From a virus: 10,552 nt of DNA. Numbering within the stretch: the stretch's first letter is position 1; every line of letters starts with the position of its first letter. The stretch lies in UHGV virus genome UHGV-0117298; one strand, written 5' to 3'. Positions 1 through 8,031 of the stretch are shown here, piece after piece. The notes under the pieces are model-generated. The model made no database searches. It was given only the letters and a program-made list of their open reading frames with translations, and was not told the DNA's origin. The translations under genes were made by a program, and so were the position numbers.

Positions 1-49
1 CCTATTGGATGGCATTCGAAACCTAGTTGTGAGATCACTGTTGAGCACA

Positions 50-607
50 TCATATTCCAAACCCCATTTGCCCCGACTCATCTTCAAGCGGTAAAGGTAT
101 TCTCCCAGAGTAAGTTATGTTCAGATGTTTACAGAAGTAATTCCAATACCCTACCAGGTCATCTGGGTTTATGTCATCTTCGATTGGAAACGCTATTCTA
201 TCACTATAGTATCCAGCTTCTTCATAGTATACATGGTAGTGAGCACCGTAAATGATATCTTGGTACTTCGGATGATCGACCTTGTAACTATTCGTGTGTT
301 TGTCAAAGTGATAGGTATCTACCGCGAAAACCCTCTTGTTATGATAGAAAGCAATAATATTTATTTTAGGGTAAGAAATCGGGTCATCAGGTTCTGAATC
401 CTGATCTGGTTTCCATTTCAGTTCAAACTTTAGCCCTTGTATAGGTATACAATCCTCATCCAAGGGGATGATATGGGCTTGTAGCCACATATCAGAGCGA
501 CTTGGTTTCTGTTTCCATTTAACGCCAGAAAAGTTAACTATTTTTTTACAATAAAGTACTTTATCAACTTCTACTTGGCTTGGCTGATAATCATCTATTT
601 TTGCCAA
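50..607 (-). CDS. Hypothetical protein in the rex position, directly downstream of cI on the same strand; function unknown
   Basis: 185-aa ORF beginning 39 bp after the cI stop on the same strand. First in-frame start is TTG at 605-607, preceded by a GGGCGG purine stretch; next in-frame ATG would give about 145 aa, so the start is uncertain. Visibly AT-rich compared with cI. Rich in Tyr/His/Asp/Glu, no hydrophobic transmembrane stretch. I recognise no similarity to lambda RexA or RexB. Confidence 0.55.
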   Translation of the reverse strand: MAKIDDYQPSQVEVDKVLYCKKIVNFSGVKWKQKPSRSDMWLQAHIIPLDEDCIPIQGLKFELKWKPDQDSEPDDPISYPKINIIAFYHNKRVFAVDTYHFDKHTNSYKVDHPKYQDIIYGAHYHVYYEEAGYYSDRIAFPIEDDINPDDLVGYWNYFCKHLNITYSGRIPLPLEDESGQMGFGI

Positions 608-646
608 TGTTTACCGCCCTGTAAATTGTAGATAAAAGTGGTTTCA

Positions 647-1363
<717 letters not shown>

Positions 1364-1370
1364 TTAAATC

Positions 1371-1434
1371 TATCACCGCAGGGGATAAATATCTAACACC
1401 GCAGATGTTGACTATTTTACCTCTGGCGGTGATA
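1371..1434. promoter_or_regulatory. OR3-OR2-OR1 tripartite operator with divergent PRM/PR promoters
   Basis: Three 17-bp sites: tatcaccgcaggggata (1371-1387), taacaccgcagatgttg (1394-1410), tacctctggcggtgata (1418-1434). PR -35 ttgact at 1408-1413 and -10 gataat at 1431-1436. cro SD taaggagg precedes the ATG at 1461. A few positions in OR3/OR2 and the spacer differ from lambda as I remember it. Confidence 0.85.
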
Positions 1435-1451
1435 ATGACTGTATGTACTAA

Positions 1452-1661
<210 letters not shown>

Positions 1662-1668
1662 GTAACCC

Positions 1669-1714
1669 CGCTCTTTGTAACAACGGACATTCGTCCTACG
1701 TCGCTGAAAAGCGA
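1669..1714 (+). promoter_or_regulatory. nutR-like N-utilisation site (boxA plus boxB hairpin)
   Basis: boxA-like cgctcttt at 1669-1676, followed by a short hairpin tcgct-gaaa-agcga at 1701-1714 with a GAAA(A) purine loop. Position between cro and cII matches nutR. The boxB stem differs from lambda gccctgaaaaagggc. Confidence 0.45.
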
Positions 1715-1799
1715 GCCCCAAGATATCTGACCAACTCAGGCCATATGCGTTTCCACGCATACCAGTCAACTAACTATTCACTATTGGAAATCTTAAGAA

Positions 1800-2096
1800 A
1801 TGGAAAGAACAAGTTACAGCAAACTATCACAGCGTGACGTTGATCGCGCAGAAACAGATTTACTTATCAATCTGTCAGCTATTACCCAGCGCGGTCTGGC
1901 AAAGATGATTGGCTGTCATGAATCGAAGATAAGCAGAACGGACTGGAGATTTATTGCTTCGGTCTTGTGTGCTTTCGGAATGGCATCAGACATCAGTCCG
2001 ATTAGCAGGGCTTTTAAGTATGCGCTTGATGGACTCACCAATAAAAAACGCCCGGCGGCAACCGAGCGTTCTGAACAAATCCAGATGGAATTCTGA
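1800..2096 (+). CDS. cII: CII transcriptional activator (mosaic: divergent N-terminal 79 aa, lambda-identical C-terminal 19 aa)
   Basis: 98-aa ORF between cro and O. The C-terminus LTNKKRPAATERSEQIQMEF matches lambda CII as recalled. The rest is collinear with lambda CII (HTH region ...SKISRTDWR vs lambda ...SQISRWKRD) but substantially different. Weak SD, as in lambda. Confidence 0.85.
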   Translation: MERTSYSKLSQRDVDRAETDLLINLSAITQRGLAKMIGCHESKISRTDWRFIASVLCAFGMASDISPISRAFKYALDGLTNKKRPAATERSEQIQMEF

Positions 2097-2117
2097 GGTC
2101 ATTACTGGATCAATCCA
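2041..2117 (-). ncRNA. oop: oop-like antisense RNA overlapping the cII 3' end
   Basis: The reverse complement of this span ends in a GC-rich hairpin (cgctcgg-ttgccg-ccgggcg) followed by ttttttatt, and closely resembles lambda oop RNA as I recall it. Its 5' end lies in the cII-O intergenic region. Boundaries are approximate. Confidence 0.45.
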
Positions 2118-2128
2118 CAGGAGTCATT

Positions 2129-3028
2129 ATGACAAATACAGCAAAAATACTCAACTTCTGCAGAGGTAACTTTGCCAAACAGGAGCGTAATGTGGCAGAT
2201 CTCGATGATGGTTACGCCAGACTATCAAATATGCTGCTTGAGGCTTATTCAGGCGCAGATCTGACCAAGCGACAGTTTAAAGTGCTGCTTGCCATTCTGC
2301 GTAAAACCTATGGGTGGAATAAACCAATGGACAGAATCACCGATTCTCAACTTAGCGAGATTACAAAGTTACCCGTCAAACGGTGCAATGAAGCCAAGTT
2401 AGAACTCGTCAGAATGAATATTATCAAGCAGCAAGGCGGCATGTTTGGACCAAACAAAAACATCTCAGAATGGTGCATCCCTCAAAACGAGGGAAAATCC
2501 CCTAAAACGAGGGATAAAACATCCCTCAAATTGGGGGATTGCTATCCCTCAAAACAGGGGGACACAAAAGACACTATTACAAAAGAAAAAAGAAAAGATT
2601 ATTCGTCAGAGAATTCTGGCGAATCCTCTGACCAGCCAGAAAACGACCTTTCTGTGGTGAAACCGGATGCTGCAATTCAGAGCGGCAGCAAGTGGGGGAC
2701 AGCAGAAGACCTGACCGCCGCAGAATGGATGTTTGACATGGTGAAGACCATCGCGCCATCAGCCAGAAAACCGAATTTTGCAGGGTGGGCTAACGATATC
2801 CGCCTGATGCGTGAACGTGACGGACGTAACCATCGCGACATGTGTGTACTGTTCCGCTGGGCATGCCAGGACAACTTCTGGTCCGGTAACGTGCTGAGCC
2901 CGGCCAAACTCCGCGACAAGTGGACCCAGCTCGAAATCAACCGTAACAAGCAACAGGCAGGTGTGACAGCCTGCAAACCAAAACTCGACCTGACAAACAC
3001 TGACTGGATTTACGGGGTGGATTTATGA
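2129..3028 (+). CDS. O: Replication initiator protein O
   Basis: 299-aa product matches lambda O (MTNTAKILNF...TDWIYGVDL) with a few substitutions. SD aggag. Contains the ori iterons internally. Stop overlaps the P start (ATGA). Confidence 0.95.
   Translation: MTNTAKILNFCRGNFAKQERNVADLDDGYARLSNMLLEAYSGADLTKRQFKVLLAILRKTYGWNKPMDRITDSQLSEITKLPVKRCNEAKLELVRMNIIKQQGGMFGPNKNISEWCIPQNEGKSPKTRDKTSLKLGDCYPSKQGDTKDTITKEKRKDYSSENSGESSDQPENDLSVVKPDAAIQSGSKWGTAEDLTAAEWMFDMVKTIAPSARKPNFAGWANDIRLMRERDGRNHRDMCVLFRWACQDNFWSGNVLSPAKLRDKWTQLEINRNKQQAGVTACKPKLDLTNTDWIYGVDL
2478..2562. repeat. Lambda-type origin of replication: four O-binding iterons, followed by an AT-rich unwinding region to about 2610
   Basis: Four direct repeats, each an imperfect palindrome tccctcaaaacgaggga-like: 2478-2494, 2498-2514, 2522-2538, 2545-2562. 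They are followed by caaaagacactattacaaaagaaaaaagaaaagatt. Located inside O as in lambda. Confidence 0.85.
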
Positions 3029-3726
3029 AAAACATCGCCGCACAGATGGTTAATTTTGACCGTGAGCAGATGCGTCGGATCGCCAACAACATGCCGGAAC
3101 AGTACGACGAAAAGCCGCAGGTACAGCAGGTAGCGCAGATCATCAACGGTGTGTTCAGCCAGTTACTGGCAACTTTCCCGGCGAGTCTGGCTAACCGTGA
3201 CCAGAACGAACTGAACGAAATCCGCCGCCAGTGGGTTCTGGCTTTCCGGGAAAACGGGATCACCACAATGGAACAGGTTAACGCAGGAATGCGCGTAGCC
3301 CGTCGGCAGAATCGACCATTTCTGCCATCACCCGGGCAGTTTGTTGCATGGTGCCGGGAAGAAGCATCCGTTATCGCCGGACTGCCAAACGTCAGCGAGC
3401 TGGTTGATATGGTTTACGAGTATTGCCGGAAGCGAGGCCTGTATCCGGATGCAGAGTCTTATCCGTGGAAATCGAACGCGCACTACTGGCTGGTTACCAA
3501 CCTGTACCAGAACATGCGGGCCAATGCGCTGACTGACGCGGAATTACGACGCAAGGCTGCCGATGAACTGACCTGTATGACAGCGCGAATTAACCGTGGT
3601 GAGACGATACCTGAACCAGTAAAACAACTTCCTGTCATGGGCGGCAGACCTCTAAATCGTGTTCAGGCGCTGGCGAAGATCGCAGAAATTAAAGCTAAGT
3701 TAGGACTGAAAGGAGCAAGTGTATGA
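3025..3726 (+). CDS. P: Replication protein P (DnaB helicase loader)
   Basis: 233-aa product matches lambda P (MKNIAAQMVNFDREQMRRIANNMPEQYDEKPQVQQ...). Start overlaps the O stop; stop overlaps the ren start. Confidence 0.95.
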   Translation: MKNIAAQMVNFDREQMRRIANNMPEQYDEKPQVQQVAQIINGVFSQLLATFPASLANRDQNELNEIRRQWVLAFRENGITTMEQVNAGMRVARRQNRPFLPSPGQFVAWCREEASVIAGLPNVSELVDMVYEYCRKRGLYPDAESYPWKSNAHYWLVTNLYQNMRANALTDAELRRKAADELTCMTARINRGETIPEPVKQLPVMGGRPLNRVQALAKIAEIKAKLGLKGASV

Positions 3727-4013
3727 CGGGCAAAGAGGCAATTATTCATTACCTGGGGACGCATAATAGCTTCTGTGCGCCGGACGTTGCCGCGCTAACA
3801 GGCGCAACAGTAACCAGCATAAATCAGGCCGCGGCTAAAATGGCACGGGCAGGTCTTCTGGTTATCGAAGGTAAGGTCTGGCGAACGGTGTATTACCGGT
3901 TTGCTACCAAGGAAGAACGGGAAGGAAAGATGAGCACGAACCTGATTTTTAAGGAGTGTCGCCAGAGTGCCACGATGAAACGGATATTGGCGGTATATGG
4001 AGTTAAAAGATGA
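3723..4013 (+). CDS. ren: Ren protein (Rex exclusion relief)
   Basis: 96-aa product MTGKEAIIHYLGTHNSFCAPDVAALTGATVTSINQAAAKMARAG... matches lambda Ren as recalled. SD aaggag. Confidence 0.9.
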   Translation: MTGKEAIIHYLGTHNSFCAPDVAALTGATVTSINQAAAKMARAGLLVIEGKVWRTVYYRFATKEEREGKMSTNLIFKECRQSATMKRILAVYGVKR

Positions 4014-4039
4014 CCATCTACATCACTGAGCTAATAACA

Positions 4040-4070
4040 GGCCTGCAGGTAATCGCAGGCCTTTTTATTT
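4040..4070 (+). terminator. Intrinsic terminator (tR2-like) between ren and ninB
   Basis: Perfect 7-bp stem ggcctgc (4040-4046) / gcaggcc (4055-4061), loop aggtaatc, followed by tttttattt. Confidence 0.6.
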
Positions 4071-4086
4071 GGGGGAGAGGGAAGTC

Positions 4087-4527
4087 ATGAAAAAACTAAC
4101 CTTTGAAATTCGATCTCCGGCACATCAGCAAAACGCTATTCACGCAGTACAGCAAATCCTTCCAGACCCAACCAAACCAATCGTAGTAACCATTCAGGAA
4201 CGCAACCGCAGCTTAGACCAAAACAGGAAGCTATGGGCCTGCTTAGGTGACGTCTCTCGTCAGGTTGAATGGCATGGTCGCTGGCTGGATGCAGAAAGCT
4301 GGAAGTGTGTGTTTACCGCAGCATTAAAGCAGCAGGACGTTGTTCCTAACCTTGCCGGGAATGGCTTTGTGGTAATAGGCCAGTCAACCAGCAGGATGCG
4401 TGTAAGCGAATTTGCGGAGCTATTAGAGCTTATACAGGCATTCGGTACAGAGCGTGGCGTTAAGTGGTCAGACGAAGCGCGACTGGCTCTCGAATGGAAA
4501 GCGCGATGGGGAGATCGGGCTGCATGA
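4087..4527 (+). CDS. ninB: NinB (Orf-family recombination mediator)
   Basis: 146-aa product from the ATG at 4087 (MKKLTFEIRSPAHQQNAIHAVQQILPDPTKP...) matches lambda NinB. SD gggagaggg. The track ORF starts 18 nt earlier at a non-canonical position. Confidence 0.9.
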   Translation: MKKLTFEIRSPAHQQNAIHAVQQILPDPTKPIVVTIQERNRSLDQNRKLWACLGDVSRQVEWHGRWLDAESWKCVFTAALKQQDVVPNLAGNGFVVIGQSTSRMRVSEFAELLELIQAFGTERGVKWSDEARLALEWKARWGDRAA

Positions 4528-5051
4528 CTATCAAATCAAATACGCCAGCACACGACAAGGACTGCTGGCAAACGCCGCTTTGGCTTTTTGATGCACTGGA
4601 TATTGAGTTTGGATTCTGGCTGGATTCGGCAGCGAGCGACAAAAATGCTCTGTGCGCTCACTGGCTAACTGAGGACGACGACGCGCTCAATTCTGAGTGG
4701 GTAAGCCACGGTGCAATCTGGAATAACCCACCGTACAGCAATATCAGGCCGTGGGTGGAAAAAGCCGCTGAGCAGTGTATACAACAGCGACAGACGGTAG
4801 TGATGCTTGTGCCAGAGGATATGTCTGTCGGATGGTTCAGCAAGGCTCTGGAGAGTGTTGACGAAGTTCGTATTATCACTGATGGACGGATTAATTTTAT
4901 CGAACCATCGACAGGGCTGGAGAAGAAGGGAAACAGCAAAGGCTCCATGCTGCTGATTTGGCGACCGTTCATCAGTCCTCGACGGATGTTTACTACCGTA
5001 TCCAAAGCGGCATTGATGGCGATCGGGCAGGGCGTCAGGAGGGCTGCATGA
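4524..5051 (+). CDS. Phage DNA N6-adenine methyltransferase (Dam-like, orphan)
   Basis: 175-aa product from the ATG at 4524, overlapping the ninB stop (ATGA). Contains the amino-methyltransferase motif IV (IWNNPPYSN). Sits where lambda has ninC/ninD. No adjacent restriction endonuclease candidate. Confidence 0.8.
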   Translation: MTIKSNTPAHDKDCWQTPLWLFDALDIEFGFWLDSAASDKNALCAHWLTEDDDALNSEWVSHGAIWNNPPYSNIRPWVEKAAEQCIQQRQTVVMLVPEDMSVGWFSKALESVDEVRIITDGRINFIEPSTGLEKKGNSKGSMLLIWRPFISPRRMFTTVSKAALMAIGQGVRRAA

Positions 5052-5230
5052 GACGACAGCGACGAAGTTTCACCGACATAATCTGCGAAAACTGCAAATA
5101 CCTTCCAACGAAACGCTCCAGAAATAAACCCAAGCCAATCCCAAAAGAATCTGACGTAAAAACCTTCAACTACACGGCTCACCTGTGGGATATCCGGTGG
5201 CTAAGACATCGTGCGAGGAAAACAAGGTGA
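5048..5230 (+). CDS. ninE: NinE
   Basis: 60-aa product [60 protein letters not shown] matches lambda NinE as recalled. ATG overlaps the methyltransferase stop. Confidence 0.85.
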   Translation: MRRQRRSFTDIICENCKYLPTKRSRNKPKPIPKESDVKTFNYTAHLWDIRWLRHRARKTR

Positions 5231-5397
5231 TTGACCAAAATCGAAGTTACGAACAAGAAAGCGTCGAGCGGGCTTTAACGTGCGCTAATTGCGGTCAGAA
5301 GCTGCATGTGCTGGAAGTTCACGTGTGTGAGCACTGCTGTGCAGAACTGATGAGCGATCCGAATAGCTCAATGTACGAGGAAGAAGACGATGAATGA
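5227..5397 (+). CDS. ninF: NinF (Cys-rich small protein)
   Basis: 56-aa product from the GTG at 5227 ([37 protein letters not shown]...) matches lambda NinF as recalled. SD gagga lies 8-9 nt upstream. GTG overlaps the ninE stop. The track's ATG at 5185 has no SD and overlaps ninE. Confidence 0.75.
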   Translation: MIDQNRSYEQESVERALTCANCGQKLHVLEVHVCEHCCAELMSDPNSSMYEEEDDE

Positions 5398-6112
5398 GTT
5401 AATAAATGGCAATGCCATCAAAATGACAAGCATTGAAATCGCTGAGTTGGTGGGAAGTCGTCCAGATAACGTAAAAATATCAATAGAGCGCCTGGCTAAA
5501 TCTGGAGTTATTCAACTTCCTGCATTGCAGGTTTTCGAAAGAATCAATAACTTAGGACTGCGCCGTAGTGTCGAGGCTTACGTCTTCGAAGGCGAACAAG
5601 GTAAGCGCGACAGCATTATTGTCGTCGCTCAGTTGTCGCCGGAATTCACCGCTCGTCTTGTTGACCGTTGGCGAGAGCTTGAAGACGCTGCGGTTAATAT
5701 CCCCAAAACGCTACCAGAAGCGTTGCGCCTTGCTGCTGATCTTGCTGAGCAGAAAATGCAACTGGAAAACCAGCTCGCAATTGCCGCACCTAAAGTTGAG
5801 TTTGCCGATCGCGTTGGCGAGGCCAGCGGAATTTTGATTGGAAACTTTGCAAAGGTTGTTGGAATTGGTCCAAACAAACTGTTTGCGTGGATGCGCGATC
5901 ACAAAATCCTTATTGCTTCAGGTTCCCGGCGCAATGTGCCAATGCAGGAATATATGGATCGCGGCTATTTCACAGTGAAAGAAACAGCGGTCAACACAAA
6001 TCACGGAATACAGATATCGTTCACCACAAAAATCACCGGGCGTGGTCAACAGTGGCTGACCAGAAAGCTGCTCGATAACGGAATGCTGAAAGTAACAGGG
6101 GAGGCTGCTTAA
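5390..6112 (+). CDS. Rha-family phage regulatory protein / antirepressor with C-terminal KilA-C (ANT) domain
   Basis: 240 aa. N-terminal region (MTSIEIAELVGSRPDNVKISIERL...) resembles the Phage_pRha domain; C-terminal region (...KVEFADRVGEASGILIGNFAKVVGIGPNKLFAWMRDHKIL...GYFTVKETAVNTNHGIQISFTTKITGRGQQWL) resembles the KilA-C antirepressor domain. Domain calls are from memory of family signatures. Start overlaps the ninF stop. Confidence 0.75.
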   Translation: MNELINGNAIKMTSIEIAELVGSRPDNVKISIERLAKSGVIQLPALQVFERINNLGLRRSVEAYVFEGEQGKRDSIIVVAQLSPEFTARLVDRWRELEDAAVNIPKTLPEALRLAADLAEQKMQLENQLAIAAPKVEFADRVGEASGILIGNFAKVVGIGPNKLFAWMRDHKILIASGSRRNVPMQEYMDRGYFTVKETAVNTNHGIQISFTTKITGRGQQWLTRKLLDNGMLKVTGEAA

Positions 6113-6402
6113 TGGCTAACCTACGCAAAGAAGCGCGCGGCAGAGAATGTCAGGTACGTATTTACGGCGTATGCAATGGCAATCCTGAAACTACAGTTCT
6201 GGCACATTACCGGATGGCTGGAATTTGCGGAACGGGAATGAAACCTGACGACCTGATCGGCGCATGGGCTTGTAGTGACTGCCACGCGGAGATCGACCGA
6301 CGCACAAGGATTCTCGACAACAAAGACGCCAGACTTTACCACCTCGAAGGCGTGATCAGGACGCAGGCGATACTGCTGAAGGAGGGGAAGATTAAGTCAT
6401 GA
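6112..6402 (+). CDS. YbcO-like DUF1364 protein (Cys/His-rich, putative metal-binding nuclease)
   Basis: 96-aa product MANLRKEARGRECQVRIYGVCNGNPETTVLAHYRMAGICGTGMKPDDLIGAWACSDCHAEIDRR... resembles DLP12 YbcO as I recall it. SD gggagg. TAATG overlap with the upstream gene, ATGA overlap with rusA. Confidence 0.75.
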   Translation: MANLRKEARGRECQVRIYGVCNGNPETTVLAHYRMAGICGTGMKPDDLIGAWACSDCHAEIDRRTRILDNKDARLYHLEGVIRTQAILLKEGKIKS

Positions 6403-6761
6403 ACGAATATCAGTTTGTGCTTCCATACCCGCCGTCGGTGAACACCTACTGGCGAAGACGGGGAAGCCAATACTACATCAGCGATAAAGGCCAGAAATAC
6501 CGAAAAGACGTTCAGCAAATAATCCGCCAACTCAAGTTAGACATTTTCACCAAATCAAGACTCCGCATCAAAGTCATCGCAGACGTTCCAGACTCCCGCC
6601 GCCGCGACCTCGACAACATCCTGAAAGGTTTCCTCGACTCCCTTATCCACGCCGGATTTGCGGAAGACGACGAGCAATTCGATGACATTCGCGTAATTCG
6701 TGGTGTGAAAGTACCAGGCGGACGGCTTGGAATAAAAATCACCGAACTGGAGAACGTATGA
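6399..6761 (+). CDS. rusA: RusA Holliday-junction resolvase
   Basis: 120-aa product with RusA hallmarks (LPYPPSVNTYWRRRG..., DVPDSRRRDLDNILKGFLDSL..., GGRLGIKITELE) collinear with E. coli RusA. SD ggagggga. Confidence 0.9.
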   Translation: MNEYQFVLPYPPSVNTYWRRRGSQYYISDKGQKYRKDVQQIIRQLKLDIFTKSRLRIKVIADVPDSRRRDLDNILKGFLDSLIHAGFAEDDEQFDDIRVIRGVKVPGGRLGIKITELENV

Positions 6762-6901
6762 ACAAAGCATTCGAACGATATATGCGCCAGCGTTATGGCA
6801 ATCGCTATGACCTGACGCGAGATGTTGAAGGTTTCTACTGTAGTGAAATTGTGAAACGAATGTTTGAAGTTTGGTGTCATTGCAAAGGATGGGAGGTCTG
6901 A
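6758..6901 (+). CDS. Small conserved nin-region protein (YlcG-like by position)
   Basis: 47-aa ORF (MNKAFERYMRQRYGNRYDLTRDVEGFYCSEIVKRMFEVWCHCKGWEV), absent from the track because it is under 60 aa. ATG overlaps the rusA stop and its own stop overlaps the next start (TGATG), so it fits the coupled operon exactly. Identity is positional only. Confidence 0.45.
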   Translation: MNKAFERYMRQRYGNRYDLTRDVEGFYCSEIVKRMFEVWCHCKGWEV

Positions 6902-7515
6902 TGCGGCTAACTCCAGTATTCAGCATGGTTAACTTCATTAATGACGCGCACTTTCGCCGCGTATGGAGACACCCGAAGAAAACCATCAACTCTAGCCAGA
7001 AAGCATGGGTTCATTACATGTTACAGGTATGGGGCAAGGTTAATACCGGAGATTGCTCTCCAGGTGGTGCAATTAACGTTATCGGTCGTCTGATGATTCG
7101 CAGTCAGTGGAGCGATGACAAGGCTAAGCAGATAGAGTCTGTCGTCATGCGCCTGTACGAAGAAGATGGGCTGCGCGGAGATGAGCTATACAAGAAAGCT
7201 CGCGAACTGGTCATTCCTCAATCATCGTTTAGCCACATCATCACTCTCGCCAAAGAATCAGATGATGCGGCTTTCGTTGAACGTGTGATGGTTAAAACGT
7301 TTCACCGTGAAAGCCCTGTCCGCGATGTAGCTATTAAGCGATATTGCAATCGCAATTGCACGCAAGATATAGCCAGGATTATTTCTTATATAACAGGTGC
7401 TGATATTCAGTATTGTCGTAAGCGAGTGGTGTGGTGTGAGAAAGTGCTGGAGTCAGAAATGTTTTATGCAATGAAACGAGAATTGGAGAAAGAATTTCCA
7501 TTAATAGCGGCCTGA
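6901..7515 (+). CDS. Putative late-gene antiterminator (Q position), family not recognised
   Basis: 204-aa product from the ATG at 6901 (MRLTPVFSMVNFINDAHFRRVWRHPKK...), with SD gggagg 5 nt upstream. Last gene of the nin operon and immediately upstream of a terminator-containing non-coding region and the holin, i.e. the Q slot. Sequence does not match lambda Q as recalled; Cys pairs (CNRNC, YCRKRVVWC) could form a metal site. Confidence 0.5.
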   Translation: MRLTPVFSMVNFINDAHFRRVWRHPKKTINSSQKAWVHYMLQVWGKVNTGDCSPGGAINVIGRLMIRSQWSDDKAKQIESVVMRLYEEDGLRGDELYKKARELVIPQSSFSHIITLAKESDDAAFVERVMVKTFHRESPVRDVAIKRYCNRNCTQDIARIISYITGADIQYCRKRVVWCEKVLESEMFYAMKRELEKEFPLIAA

Positions 7516-7673
7516 ACTGAAATAATTTTGTAAATGCGTTGCTTCCGAGAAATGAAAGTGGTATTTTTTGTATATGCTCGGAGCAAAAGCGAACTGAGCA
7601 GTGAAATTGAAATCCTGATTTCCCCGGTCGTCGATAATATTTAGGGTCGACATACTGGCTAGATTAGGTAAGA
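7516..7673 (+). promoter_or_regulatory. Putative late promoter (PR'-like) and Q-utilisation region
   Basis: Non-coding AT-rich segment between the Q-position gene and a hairpin terminator. Candidate sigma-70 elements: ttgctt - 17 nt - tatttt around 7551-7579. Exact promoter not resolved; inferred from lambdoid architecture. Confidence 0.3.
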
Positions 7674-7701
7674 GCCTCGGCAGAAACGTCGGGGCTTTTT
7701 T
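7674..7701 (+). terminator. Intrinsic terminator (tR'-like) downstream of the late promoter
   Basis: Stem gcctcggc (7674-7681) pairs with gtcggggc (7688-7695), including two G-U wobbles; loop agaaac; followed by tttttt (7696-7701). Confidence 0.5.
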
Positions 7702-8031
7702 GTTTGCATAACAGGTAAGAGCATTGAACCCGCAGACCTCGCGGAATTGGTGAAAGGTGCCGCGCAGTGCTCTTATCGTTGTGGTGAATGCGCAGGCTGA
7801 TGCGCGAAAGACATTGCAGCTATTGCGGAAAAGAGCTGTTCGGCGGGGCAATTAAACGCCCGTGAGAGTCTGAAATAACCGCAAGCCGGAGATCAGCACC
7901 GGTCGCCACAATCCAAACTGAGCCGTAGCCACTGGCTGTCCTGAATTCATCAGTGATAGTTACGCTGCGGCCTTCTTTTTTCCCTTCCCAATATAAGAAC
8001 TACGCAATCCGTTACTGGCGGAGGCGTTGCT

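Noticed and set aside
125-397. 90-aa plus-strand ORF
   Set aside because: It lies entirely antisense within the 185-aa minus-strand gene, with Ile/Val/Phe-rich composition typical of an AT-rich antisense frame and no RBS.
2445-2660. 71-aa alternative-frame ORF inside O
   Set aside because: It reads through the ori iterons and AT-rich region in a different frame from O, so it is a repeat-driven artefact.
4464-4523. Upstream extension of the methyltransferase ORF to the M at 4464
   Set aside because: The extension overlaps the ninB 3' end with no RBS. The ATG at 4524 overlaps the ninB stop (ATGA) and is the coupled start.
7501-7851. 116-aa minus-strand ORF spanning the Q-downstream region
   Set aside because: It overlaps the putative late promoter and the hairpin terminator, has no RBS and a low-complexity composition, and runs antisense to the late leader. 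Most likely a non-coding shadow ORF.
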